Notes under the pieces: model-generated
Told to the model about the DNA's origin: nothing
What the model saw: the letters and a program-made list of their open reading frames with translations, nothing else
Database searches by the model: none
Part shown: piece after piece, positions 1 to 10,600 of the stretch
Numbering within the stretch: the first letter of the stretch is position 1
Layout of the letters: the number at the start of each line of letters is the position of its first letter
Assembly: GCA_002085025.1 (NCBI GenBank)
Contig: MZGK01000006.1
Location: 1 to 53,867 of the forward strand
Source: Candidatus Omnitrophica bacterium 4484_213
GTDB taxonomy: Bacteria > Omnitrophota > 4484-213
Reading direction: 5' to 3'
Length of the DNA stretch: 53,867 nt
Position numbers and translations under genes: made by a program

Positions 1-393
1 CAAAAAGAGCCTCACTTGCCTCGCAGCGAAGCGAGCCGAAAACGGGAAGAGAAAATAAAGGAGGAAAACTATGGAGGGCTACCCTCCATAGTTAAAGACA
101 GTAAAGCATTGCTTCGCTATCAGGACCGGGTGAAGCAAAAGATTGAGCAGTGCAAGAAATATCCGAGATGGGCAAAGAGGCAGAGTTTTGAAGGAATTGT
201 CTATCTTAGTTTTACAATTTTAGCTAATGGCGAAGCTAAGAATATCAGGATTGTTCAACCATCTCAGTTTGATATTCTCAATAGGGAAGCGATTGCTACT
301 GTGAATAGGGCTTCGCCATTTTTGCCTATACCCGAAGATTTTAATCGTTCTTATGTTGAAATGGAAGTAGCTATTGTTTTTAGACTAAGATGA
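1..393 (+). CDS. TonB C-terminal domain protein (5' partial, frame open to window edge)
   Basis: No stop lies upstream of the TTG at 16 in this frame, so the gene probably starts outside the window. The tail YPRWAKRQSFEGIVYLSFTILANGEAKNIRIVQPSQFDILNREAIATVNRASPFLPIP fits the TonB/TolA C-terminal domain pattern. Confidence 0.65.
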   Translation, partial: QKEPHLPRSEASRKREEKIKEENYGGLPSIVKDSKALLRYQDRVKQKIEQCKKYPRWAKRQSFEGIVYLSFTILANGEAKNIRIVQPSQFDILNREAIATVNRASPFLPIPEDFNRSYVEMEVAIVFRLR

Positions 394-472
394 TCACAGG
401 TGTTATTAGAGGCAACTTCTCTATCGCCTCTATAAGGATACACAGATTAAAACCAGATTACGGCGATTTTCT

Positions 473-504
473 TATGCTGAGTGAAACGAAGCATATTTTA
501 TTTT
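473..504 (+). terminator. Weak candidate intrinsic terminator after the TonB-like gene
   Basis: 6-bp stem TATGCT (473-478) / AGCATA (490-495) followed by TTTTATTTT. The stem is short and AU-rich. Confidence 0.3.
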
Positions 505-548
505 AAGATACTATTGCGACTGCGTCTCAATTGCAATTAATATAGACA

Positions 549-3500
549 ATGAGTGAAATAAGAAATATTTTAGGAATAAGATGCTGGCTGGATAGCGGGC
601 AGTTAAGGATAAAAACAAAGAACAAAATTGGAAGGAAATTCAAGAAGTTCCTCCGCAAAACCATCTGCTTAACAATCATCTTCACCTTCTTGGTTGAAAA
701 CATCTCTTTCTCTAATCCCGATATCTTTTCGGGTAGATGGAGAATAGGAAGGCGGTTGCGTCCGCAACCGCCTTCTTCTTTGGCACAGGAAATAAGCAAA
801 GGAATTCAGGTTGACGAAGAAACTACAAATCAGCTTGGCGTAGGCGGGATTGATTTTACCCACATTGACTTCCATAAGCCAGATTCTGATGCTGACTATC
901 GCCAAGGTTTAGTTGGCAAAAGCGCTACTAAAAAGATTCTCAGTCCATCTTTTTTGAACAGTGTAGCCAATGAGCCTATCTATGACTCTTCGGGTAAACT
1001 TATCTATCTTCCCTCTGAAGAAGCCCCTTCCTATATTTCTCCCTTAAGCAACGAAACCATTAGTGAAAATCCTTTAGAGGAAGATAAAGAACCCTCTTTA
1101 TTAGATAGAATTTTTGCTATTGGTGGAGCAATAAAGGATGCTGCCACCGGGGTTTATAACTATTTAACCGGGGGAGTTTCTTCTCTAATTCATCCCGCCC
1201 CCAAAGAAAGCGAAGAAGACATTCTCCAGACGATAGAAACTCATCGTAAATTGGCTGAGGATTCTCTTACTCCCGAAGATAGAATCTTCTTGGGGTTAGA
1301 CTCTCTTCCTCTTGAAGATGAAACCAAGGAAGCCCCCGAGCAGAAGTTTTTGAGCATTCCTTCTTATGATGTTGAGAGTCCATTGGACACTTTTGAACAA
1401 GGCGGCAAAATAATATCCTACTATCTCAGCGACGATGGAAAGAATCAAATAAAGGTTACTGCTGACTTAGCAAGTCGAACTGTTATTGAGGAGCTTTGCA
1501 ATTTAGAGCGTAGCTCTTTATCTGAGGCGGTTATCCAAACCACTTGTATGAGTAAAAAATCAAAGGAGAGTTTTGATGTAGTGCAGACGCTTAAAAATGG
1601 CGAGAGGGTGATATTTTCCCGAAAAGGGAGCTACGATAATAAGACTGGAGAGTTGAGATTTACTGAGGGGACCTATCTAAATAATCAGGGTAAGGCGATT
1701 GGTTGGAAAGGAGATAAGATAGTTTCTATCAACGACGGCAGTAATCTAATAACCTATGATTATCACTCTCAGGAGAGATTTGATATTGGTCGAGGCTCTG
1801 ATGGAAGTTTGCTTATCTATAAAGATGGAGACTTGATTATTCAGAGCAAAGGAAAGGTGGAAGATTACCAGATTGAAATCGGAGAAGGGGAGATAGAGAT
1901 TATTCGCTATTCCCTCTATAAAGATGGAAAGTTTATCCCTCTAAGTAAGCCAATAAGAGAGAAGATTAAGCCAGGAAAGGGGATAAAAATTACTGCAGAA
2001 GGGATAACCTCTATTTATAATCTTGAAGGGCAGTTTCTGGGGATTGATGTTGGAGGAAAACATTTTACTCCAGAAGAGATTGAGAAAATAAACTATCTAA
2101 AGAAGATTGGTTATCTTGAGAGCGTAAACCCCGTTAGAAAAGAATTTTCTAACGGGGTAAATAAAGAATTAAGATTGTCCTCCTCGGCTGAGCAGAGAAT
2201 TAGCGATTATTATGCCGCTTCCGAACTTTACAATATAGTTCAGCGCCCTGAAGAATTTGGCATTAAAAAAATAAAATACGGGGATTTTGGAGAGGATAGC
2301 GATTCGGGTAATCCTTATCTTGATGCAATATTCGCCGGGATATCAGCAGTTACAGAGGTATTTACTAAAACTGCCGGACCAATAAAATCGTTTGATTTAA
2401 TTATTGATAAAAATAATCTTAATAACTATCAATTTAGCCCCAATCCTGACCTCCAGACGGTAAATATTCCTGGGGCAGATATGGAAGTTTCCAAGACGAG
2501 TATTATTCCTTTTTATGGTCTAATTGCTGGTCCGGAAGGAATATACAACTTAAACTTCCGGGAAGAGGAAGCGCTTAACCGAATGTCTGAGCAATCCTTA
2601 CGCTACGGCACAATCTGCGAGACAATTGCGGTTGGTCCTGATGGAAAAGCAATGAGCCCGATGAATTGGGATTTCTGGACTGAGATGCATAAGAATGAAA
2701 GAATAGGCGACCACTACGGTTATGCTGATTTTTCTACTTATTCAGTTGTTGACGGAGTATTTGATCTGGTTCTGCTTGCCGCTCTTGCCGATAATGTTAT
2801 TGGAATTGAAGGAGTAGATGAAGCGGCAGTCTTAGCCGCCAAGGAGGCTTTTCAAGCCGGCAAGATTAGCACTCGCCAATATCTAAGCAACGGGGTTAAG
2901 CCCTTAATTAAAAAGGGAATCAACCAGAGTTTAAAGGAACTTCCTAAGGATATGCTTCTGGGAGGGTCTAGCTTTGTTGCCACTGATAATGTCATTTCTT
3001 GGACCTTAGACGGTCAGCTTCCTTCTTTAGAGCAAAACATTCGCTCCTTTAAATCCGGCGCCGCCCTTCAAGGTGGATTGAGGTTTGTCGGCGTAGGCGG
3101 AGGTACTACCTTGAAGATTGCCGGGGCTACAAACACAGGGGCAGAACTATCATCAAAGATATCAGGTGTAAGCAGTAGATATGCAAGTAGGCCTTTGACT
3201 TATTATGCTCCCGAAGATGCGGCTAAATTAACCAAGATTAGAGCCGGAAGCAAAGCTGCATTAGCCAAGCCATTTATTCACGCAGATAAAGTAGGTAAAG
3301 AGGTTATCCGGGCCGGTCTGCCTCAAGATGCGACAGCGGCAAAGCTCCTTTCTCCTTCCTTAAAAAAGATTGCCGGGTTTACAGCTATTGGTCCTTCCTT
3401 TACTACTTTGAATATCGGCATTGAATCAGCAATAGAAGGGGAATTGACTTGGCCGGGCAAAAAGGATGGTTTATCTGTTCGTCAGGCATACATAGCAGAT

Positions 3501-6500
3501 GCAGCAAACTTTGCCAAGATGGGTACCTGGCTACCTCAAACAATCGGTATTCTCTCTGTTCCGCATACAGTCGCTAAGGAGGGAGGATTTTTAAATGCTC
3601 TTTCCCGAGAGCATAGTTTGAGCAATTTAGTAAGGTCAATAAAAAACCCGGCTAATGCCATAAAGTCATTAGAAGAAAAAGCAATAAGATTTAATACTGA
3701 AAAAGGGCTAAAGATTTCTTTAGAAAAGGGAATAACTGCTCTCGATTCAGCGGCTTTTATCGCCGGCACACTCTCGGGAGTTCAGCACCTTTCTGAATCT
3801 GGTTTGCAGAAGATTGGTTTTAGTGAGGCTCAAGCCGAGTATTTGTCAAACAAGGCTGCTTTTGCTTCGCTCGTATTTATACCTGCTTATTATAATCCCT
3901 CCTTACTCTCTAAACCCCCTTTACCCACGAAAGCAGGGATAGGTAGCCGAATTAAACAGCGGCTGAGCAATTTGCTTAAAGGAAAAAATACTCCTCAAGG
4001 GCTAAAATTTTCTTTTGATTCCGATAGAATAAAAGAAAACCAGAAATTTGGTAAAGAGATAGGCGACAAATTAAATGAACTTATCGCTCTAAAAAACAGC
4101 GGCAGACAAATCTCCGAAGATATTCTAAACAGCAATGAGATTACCGATAAAATTGCCCTGAGTTTCTTGCAAAAGGCAGAGAAAATGGGCAAGAATTTTG
4201 AGGTGCGTCCCGATGACCAGCTCTCAATGACCTATGTTTTAACCAGGGATATTCTAAGAAGTGTGCAGGAGAGCAAGGATTCTCGGCCCTTTGTTGTTAA
4301 GGTGTTTATGAGCAAGGGGAAATCTGCGGCTTATGCCAGTACGGTTGAATCTGCTTTAGATATCGCCCCGGCAAAGATAGTCATTGTTGCCCCTAACATT
4401 GAAATTATTAACCAGATTCTGTCTGAGCCGGCGATGCAATCAGTAGCCCAAAAATACGGGGTTTGTCTAATTAAAGACCCCCAGAGAGATATTCCTAAAG
4501 GGAACAAGGTTTATCTAATGACCGATTCTACCTTTAAGGACTTTGGCTTGACTATGAAGTATAACCTCGCCAATGGAGAATTCCTCAATGGTATTAACAA
4601 GATTATTGTTGACGAGCCGCAGGTTGTTCTTGCCAATCCGGATAAGGTTGTTAGCTCAAGGGAGGGAGTTTTAAGGCGGCTTTCTCCCCAGATGCAGGAA
4701 AGATTAAGCGAGGAATATTCCTTGCGAGAAAAGATATATTCCAAGGTAGAGGAAAACGCCGATGCTATCCGCACCAAAGGAGAAGAGCCTTTTCTCTGTG
4801 AAGTTCCTGAGGAAATAGCGCGCAGTTTGCATAAATCACCAGAGTTCAGAACTCTGAGTTATTCCTTGCTTAAATATCTCTTAGATAGTGCGGCGACCAT
4901 CTATAAATACGGAGATAAAGCACAGTACTATAAATCAGAAGACGGTAAATTCTTTTCTGTTGCCGGCCCAGGCGGGAGAAATGAACCAGGAACAATCTTT
5001 GGCGAGCGGGAGATGTCTATCTTTTTAGGGATAAAAGAGAAATTGGGCAGAGAAAAGGCAATGGAGGATTTTGTCGCCAGTAGTAATCCCTACCGCATCA
5101 GTTTTACGGAAATAATCAGTCGCTTAGGAAAAAATAAATTTGTCGGGGGCAGCGGGACTACAGATAGCATTGATGGCATTCTCAAGGAAATGGGTTTTGA
5201 TGTCCTGGAATTTAGCCGAGAACCGATATTCAAAACAGGACCTACTACGAAGATTATCTTTGCCGAAAAAGATTTACCGACAAGCTTGGGAGAGGTTATT
5301 GAGAAAGCGTTTCGTGAGGGTTATAACAAGGTTGTAATTACGGATAAAAGGGGTCAGATGCTCGAGCGCTATGAACGAGCATTAAAATCTGATGAAGGTA
5401 TTTCTCAAGATACAGAGATAATTTTAATTGAGGGAAGAGAGAAATGGGAAGAAGGGATGGAGTATGCGGCAAGAAGGTGTCAGGAGTATCCTCAGGAAAA
5501 GACCATCGTTCTTGCCCAGGAGCTAGAGACAGGGCTCAATCTTCTGGCTACTTCTAAGAAGGGTGATTACAAAGCGGTAGTTATCAAAACAGATATTTCA
5601 TCCAAGGATATCTTTAAGCAGTTTGCTGCTCGGGTAAAAACTAAAGAGATGCCCGAAATAGGAGGAAGAGTAGAGGGAAAGGTTTATTTTATGATTGACC
5701 CCATAGAGGTAGAGAATCTGGGTTATAACGGTAAGAATGTAGGTTTAAGTGGTCTCACCGATGCCGATAAACTCGCTCTATCTAAAGCGAAAGACCTTGC
5801 TGAAAAGCAAGAGATTATTCTGAATATTGCTGAACGTATTTCCCATCTGGGGAGATTTAGCAAAGGCATAGATATGTTTAGAAAACCTACAAGCCAGATT
5901 CAGCGTGAGACAATAGAAAGACATCTTTCCGAGGTATTAGAAGAGGAACTCGCGGCAATCAAAAAAAATCCCTCTTTAATAACTCATAATAGAATAAAAA
6001 ACATAATTTCTTTGTTTGATAATGAAGACGATGAGGTACGTCAACTTGCCCTGGGGAATCTCTTTGAGATGTTGAGAAGAAGGGATGAAAAAAATTCTTT
6101 GTTGGCAAATCCTGAGGAGGTAGAGGAAATAATCAGAGAGTTTGCGCTCAAGGATGAGGGTTATTATGACCGCGTAAAGGGAATAAAGAGAGAGCCGCAT
6201 TTTGTGGGAACCCCCTTTGAGGTAATAAGAGAGATAGCCAGAGAGGATATTGACAAGCTTACCTTCCCGGTTGTAAAAGAGGTGCTCAAGGTATTTAAGA
6301 AAGATGCTCGTTCATTTATAAAAGAGGCATTTGTTGATGTTTTTGGCAACCTGCCCCCCAGAAAGACAATCGACGATTGGGTTGAGGCGATGGTAGAGCG
6401 AGGCTATAGCCAGGAGGATGTTCTTCGTGGTTTGCGAGGCGAGCGATATCTATATGAAGATGAACTCAATGCTATTGCTAAAGGTGAATCTATTATTAGT

Positions 6501-7670
6501 TCTGATAGTAAGGAATTTTCAGATTGGCTAAAAGAAACATCCTTGGCGACTGGTAAATCTGAAGAGGCAATTCTCGGCGAGATAGAAGAGGCGAAAAAAG
6601 ATTATGCCGAGAGAGAGAAGAGAAAAAAAGAGAAACTTGTTTATCAATTGGGAGAAAATTTAGGCAAATCTTTAAAGCATTTTGGGGAGCAGATTGGAGG
6701 GTCTCCCATAGGGAAGATCCTCTCTCTGGCTATCCCTTTGGGTATAGGTGTTCTCTATCTTTCCTCTCCCCTTAGCGGACTTATAGCCGGAGTTGCTGCC
6801 CAAGATAATCCCCTGGATATGCATAGAGATGATACGAAATTAGCCATAGACAGGGAAGATTTAACATCAACGCTTGCTTCTCCAAAACAAGAAGTTCTAC
6901 TTACCTTGCCCGAAGTAGAGAAGGTAGATATAAATAGCTATACGCCACACGCTACGCGTTATACACCTGATGGAAAAGATTCTGGAGGTGAATTTAGCGA
7001 ACAGATAGCCACTCCCCGCATCATTGGAGAAGACCTTTCTCCCTGGGACGATGATTATGTTGATAGGGAGACAGAGACTGGCTACCTTAATATTTATCTT
7101 GAGGTTGATAATTGGGCTGATTATATTGAACTCTGGCAGGCAGATAATCCCGAGTTTGAAGATACCCAGAGAAAAATAATCCCTGCCGACGAAGACCATC
7201 GCCGAAATATAGAGCTCAAACTCAAAGATTTAACCGAAGACCAGTATGTCAAGTTTGTTGCCTATCGCGCCGGAGCCGCGCCCAGTGAAGAGAGCGAGAT
7301 TATCCGCGTTAAGGTTGTTAAAGAAGATAACCACGGTAATCCAATAGAGCCAGTAGAAGAGCCGATAGGAAAATTAGACACTAAAGATAGTCATTTAGGA
7401 GAATTAACCGTAGAGTTAGAACCCGGCGAGGAGCCCAATATAGTAACTACCTATAAAACTCTTATTGATGCCAAAGGTGAGCCAAAGACAACCAAGATAA
7501 AAGAGGATATTACTGATTATCCCCGTTTCTTTGAGGTGATGATTGTAGATACTGAAGTTGGTGGGATATGGAGAAGAAAAAGGACCTGCCCGATGGTAAG
7601 TATGAGGTCTTTGCCCGCGCCCATTATTATAAAGATTCATCCACCGGCAAACTGCCAAGCGATTGGGTGA
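549..7670 (+). CDS. Giant membrane-anchored protein, upstream reading frame (2,373 codons) with a SecA-like NBD1-PPXD-NBD2 core
   Basis: Uninterrupted 7.1-kb ORF. The N-terminus has a basic stretch then a hydrophobic segment (RKTICLTIIFTFLVENISF). A second hydrophobic span is GKILSLAIPLGIGVLYLSSPLSGLIAGVAA (nt ~6712-6803). nt ~4290-5545 is colinear by eye with the genuine SecA at 38509: SKGKS~GEGKT, KIVIVAPNIEII~[33 protein letters not shown]~[26 protein letters not shown]~AIVDEVD, YYKSEDGKFFSVAGPGGRNEPG~[29 protein letters not shown]~[22 protein letters not shown]~[14 protein letters not shown]. Confidence 0.85.
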   Translation: MSEIRNILGIRCWLDSGQLRIKTKNKIGRKFKKFLRKTICLTIIFTFLVENISFSNPDIFSGRWRIGRRLRPQPPSSLAQEISKGIQVDEETTNQLGVGGIDFTHIDFHKPDSDADYRQGLVGKSATKKILSPSFLNSVANEPIYDSSGKLIYLPSEEAPSYISPLSNETISENPLEEDKEPSLLDRIFAIGGAIKDAATGVYNYLTGGVSSLIHPAPKESEEDILQTIETHRKLAEDSLTPEDRIFLGLDSLPLEDETKEAPEQKFLSIPSYDVESPLDTFEQGGKIISYYLSDDGKNQIKVTADLASRTVIEELCNLERSSLSEAVIQTTCMSKKSKESFDVVQTLKNGERVIFSRKGSYDNKTGELRFTEGTYLNNQGKAIGWKGDKIVSINDGSNLITYDYHSQERFDIGRGSDGSLLIYKDGDLIIQSKGKVEDYQIEIGEGEIEIIRYSLYKDGKFIPLSKPIREKIKPGKGIKITAEGITSIYNLEGQFLGIDVGGKHFTPEEIEKINYLKKIGYLESVNPVRKEFSNGVNKELRLSSSAEQRISDYYAASELYNIVQRPEEFGIKKIKYGDFGEDSDSGNPYLDAIFAGISAVTEVFTKTAGPIKSFDLIIDKNNLNNYQFSPNPDLQTVNIPGADMEVSKTSIIPFYGLIAGPEGIYNLNFREEEALNRMSEQSLRYGTICETIAVGPDGKAMSPMNWDFWTEMHKNERIGDHYGYADFSTYSVVDGVFDLVLLAALADNVIGIEGVDEAAVLAAKEAFQAGKISTRQYLSNGVKPLIKKGINQSLKELPKDMLLGGSSFVATDNVISWTLDGQLPSLEQNIRSFKSGAALQGGLRFVGVGGGTTLKIAGATNTGAELSSKISGVSSRYASRPLTYYAPEDAAKLTKIRAGSKAALAKPFIHADKVGKEVIRAGLPQDATAAKLLSPSLKKIAGFTAIGPSFTTLNIGIESAIEGELTWPGKKDGLSVRQAYIADAANFAKMGTWLPQTIGILSVPHTVAKEGGFLNALSREHSLSNLVRSIKNPANAIKSLEEKAIRFNTEKGLKISLEKGITALDSAAFIAGTLSGVQHLSESGLQKIGFSEAQAEYLSNKAAFASLVFIPAYYNPSLLSKPPLPTKAGIGSRIKQRLSNLLKGKNTPQGLKFSFDSDRIKENQKFGKEIGDKLNELIALKNSGRQISEDILNSNEITDKIALSFLQKAEKMGKNFEVRPDDQLSMTYVLTRDILRSVQESKDSRPFVVKVFMSKGKSAAYASTVESALDIAPAKIVIVAPNIEIINQILSEPAMQSVAQKYGVCLIKDPQRDIPKGNKVYLMTDSTFKDFGLTMKYNLANGEFLNGINKIIVDEPQVVLANPDKVVSSREGVLRRLSPQMQERLSEEYSLREKIYSKVEENADAIRTKGEEPFLCEVPEEIARSLHKSPEFRTLSYSLLKYLLDSAATIYKYGDKAQYYKSEDGKFFSVAGPGGRNEPGTIFGEREMSIFLGIKEKLGREKAMEDFVASSNPYRISFTEIISRLGKNKFVGGSGTTDSIDGILKEMGFDVLEFSREPIFKTGPTTKIIFAEKDLPTSLGEVIEKAFREGYNKVVITDKRGQMLERYERALKSDEGISQDTEIILIEGREKWEEGMEYAARRCQEYPQEKTIVLAQELETGLNLLATSKKGDYKAVVIKTDISSKDIFKQFAARVKTKEMPEIGGRVEGKVYFMIDPIEVENLGYNGKNVGLSGLTDADKLALSKAKDLAEKQEIILNIAERISHLGRFSKGIDMFRKPTSQIQRETIERHLSEVLEEELAAIKKNPSLITHNRIKNIISLFDNEDDEVRQLALGNLFEMLRRRDEKNSLLANPEEVEEIIREFALKDEGYYDRVKGIKREPHFVGTPFEVIREIAREDIDKLTFPVVKEVLKVFKKDARSFIKEAFVDVFGNLPPRKTIDDWVEAMVERGYSQEDVLRGLRGERYLYEDELNAIAKGESIISSDSKEFSDWLKETSLATGKSEEAILGEIEEAKKDYAEREKRKKEKLVYQLGENLGKSLKHFGEQIGGSPIGKILSLAIPLGIGVLYLSSPLSGLIAGVAAQDNPLDMHRDDTKLAIDREDLTSTLASPKQEVLLTLPEVEKVDINSYTPHATRYTPDGKDSGGEFSEQIATPRIIGEDLSPWDDDYVDRETETGYLNIYLEVDNWADYIELWQADNPEFEDTQRKIIPADEDHRRNIELKLKDLTEDQYVKFVAYRAGAAPSEESEIIRVKVVKEDNHGNPIEPVEEPIGKLDTKDSHLGELTVELEPGEEPNIVTTYKTLIDAKGEPKTTKIKEDITDYPRFFEVMIVDTEVGGIWRRKRTCPMVSMRSLPAPIIIKIHPPANCQAIG
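2128..2158. repeat. Minimal palindromic element (termini only) inside the giant gene
   Basis: Perfect 14-bp inverted repeat ACCCCGTTAGAAAA (2128-2141) / TTTTCTAACGGGGT (2145-2158) with a 3-nt loop. It is read in frame as NPVRKEFSNGV. Confidence 0.8.
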
Positions 7671-10600
7671 GTTTAGGCGAGGTTGAGATTGAAAGAGACG
7701 ATAGATTAAGATATTTTGCTCCTCCGCCGGAGATGGATATTCAAGAGACCAAAAACGGCTGGGGAGTGTTGAGCTGGAGTCTTCCCCCAGGAGCAAAAGG
7801 AGTTGTTCTAGAAGTAGCGGAGAAATCAAGGGATTTATCCTCGCATCCTAATGCGGATAACGGGAAAGATACTCAGCGATATTTTATTCCCCGAGATTTT
7901 ACATCGCTTTTAACCAATCAAGAGGGTGTATATCATATTGCTACTGTATATGAGAAGCCCGACCCCGATAGCCAGGTAACCGGCAAGAAAATTTTGACCT
8001 ATAGCCAATGGGGCGGTTTGCATTCAGAACACAACTATTTCCAGAAGAGAGAAGGAGAGGAAACTATCTCTATAGAGGCAATCACAGAAAGTATTCCGCA
8101 GAGAAAAGGGATTATCATTGACAACAATCAGGCAAAAATATTCATAAAAGATAAACAAGATGAGTTAAAATTCCTCGCTGATTATGAATTAGATGATAAT
8201 TTTGAGATTAAAACCACAAGAGAAGAACCCTTAGATAAAGGCCCGGTTCATATCAAGCATTTTACAGATTATGGAGAAAATGAATTTGACACGGAGCAGA
8301 TTGGCAATAATATTTATCATTATGAGAAGGGTTTGAAAATGTCTGATGGCACGCCCTTCTGGACAGAGGTAACTTCAGCAATTGATAAGGATAAAGTAAT
8401 TAAAACCGCCGAGGCGATTATAGATAAAGACAGCGGCGAGATAATTGGGCGAAGAGTTAAGGATTTAATCAGCGGAATCACCGAGATTCAGGATTATTAT
8501 GGAGGAGAGTGGTTCACAACAGAGAAAACCGTAGCTAATGGAGAGACATTTAATTATAAATATAAGGATTATGTAGGCAGGAGATTTCTTATCTGGGATA
8601 ATGAGGACGGAATAGAGAAAGAACATAGCTATGAGTTTTATCCTCTGGAGAAAGAAACAGAGGTTGAAGAGATAACTAAACAAGATTGGCCTGGCGGGCC
8701 CGAGCAAAAGGGCTGGAAGTCTAATGAAAAAGCACTTTTAAAAGTAAAAACTCGGACTATCTCTTTTAATGATGGACGGCCCGATGTAGTTAAGCATTAT
8801 GATATTGATGAGAATTTACTAATAGTTGAAAACAGCGATGAGACAATTAGTATTTATGATTTATTTAATTTCCCAGGTTTAAATCAACCGACAATGATTG
8901 CAGATGCGCAAACCGGCGAGATTAGACAAAAGATCAATTATGAACTTGATGAGATGAATGTGATTACTAAGATAACTAAAGAACATCTTTTTGAAGGGCA
9001 AACCGAGATGATTGAAGTTGACCCGGTTACTAATTGGAAGACAATTACAACGAAAGACAATGATGGGGTTATTTGGATAAGCACTCCGTCAACAGAAGAT
9101 AGCCAATATATTGAAACAAAGGTGAACCTGTGCAGTGGCACTGAAGAGAAGTTATTCTTCAATTATTATGGAGGACATATTATTGGAGGAGCGGAGTTTG
9201 ATTGGAATGGAGATGAAATAAAACACTGGGAAATTGATGGAAATAAAAAGATAGTAGAATACCCCCGAATTGGCGAGAGAGAAGAAATAACCCTTGCCTG
9301 GGAATATAACGGTCCAGCTACAGAAGGACATTGTTTTGATAAATTAGGAGAAAAATCTAACTGGGAGGTTAGCGAGAGTGGATATACCAAGACAAAAAAC
9401 TTTTTACGTCTTGGCCAAGCAGAAGAAGTAAAACTTGCTTATCGCTATGGGCCAGAGATAAAAGGCGCAAGGTCGGATGATTTAGGAGAGATATTTTCCT
9501 GGAAAATTGGAGTAGGCCAAGATGGAAAATGGCATAATCTCAAGGAATTTGTTAGAACCGGCGAGAGAGAGGATGCTGTTCTTTCCCATTTTAGTGGCTT
9601 GCCCGAGAAGATAGATTTTATCGGCTCAGACGGAGAAATAAAAAGGGCTACAAAATTTAGAGACGATAGTGACGATTGGCTATCCCAAGAAATAGAGGGC
9701 AAGAAAAAGCCTTTAGCAATCACCGAGAAATTTGATGGCCGGAGTAAAGAGACGGTCTATGGTTATCTGAGCAGTTCCAGGATAGGCCCGAAGATAGTTG
9801 AAACAGAATTTGATAATAATGGCGATTTATTCTCTGTTCTAAATCTTCAGGGAGATGGCCGATGGTTAATTAAGGAGGAAGGTGAGGATAAAGGTAAATA
9901 CTATGGAAAGAAGTATTTTGTCCAGGAAGGAAAGAATGAGGATGGAGAATATAGAGAATATGAAGAGATAGTTTTTGCTTCTCAGGATGGAACAAAAGAA
10001 AAAATAACCCATTATAAGTGGAGTGGAGAAGAGCAAGAATTTGTAGAGATATTTAGCAAGGAGGCAGTGGATGAAAATGGTAACTGGTTGATAGACGAGA
10101 ATACAGGAAAGCATTATACACAGATAGATTTTGCCAATGGAAGGAAGCAGTTTAATGTCCACCCTTGGATAGGCAGTGAAGTAAACGAATTTAGCAAGAT
10201 GCTTGCTCCTGACCGCCAGACAACTCTTTGGGACGAACAAACTTATTTTGATGAAAAGGATAGGAAGTGGTATCAAGACAAAAATATTTACGATAGAGGA
10301 AAATTAATAAAAGAAGAGAAGAATATTTTACTTTGGCACAATGGCCCATTGAGCGACGGCACAATTGTTGAGCATCGCTATGACGGAGATGTTTATTTTG
10401 ATGTTAAGCGAGATTACATAGAGAATTACAGCAAAATGACCGAGACGATTAGGAGAGAAGACAATGGAGACAGAGACGCTATTAAATGGGAAAGGATTTT
10501 AGGAAATTGGGAGAAGATTGAAATTGACTATTCAGATGGCACAGGTGAGAAGAACTATTTTGACGATAACGGCATAAAGATAAAGAAGGAATTTAGCCGC

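Noticed and set aside
514-549. Possible promoter TTGCGA-18 nt-TAATAT placing the giant-gene ATG at the transcription start (leaderless mRNA)
   Set aside because: The match is weak (non-optimal -35, 18-nt spacer) in AT-rich sequence where such hexamers are common. The true start codon of the giant gene is itself uncertain.
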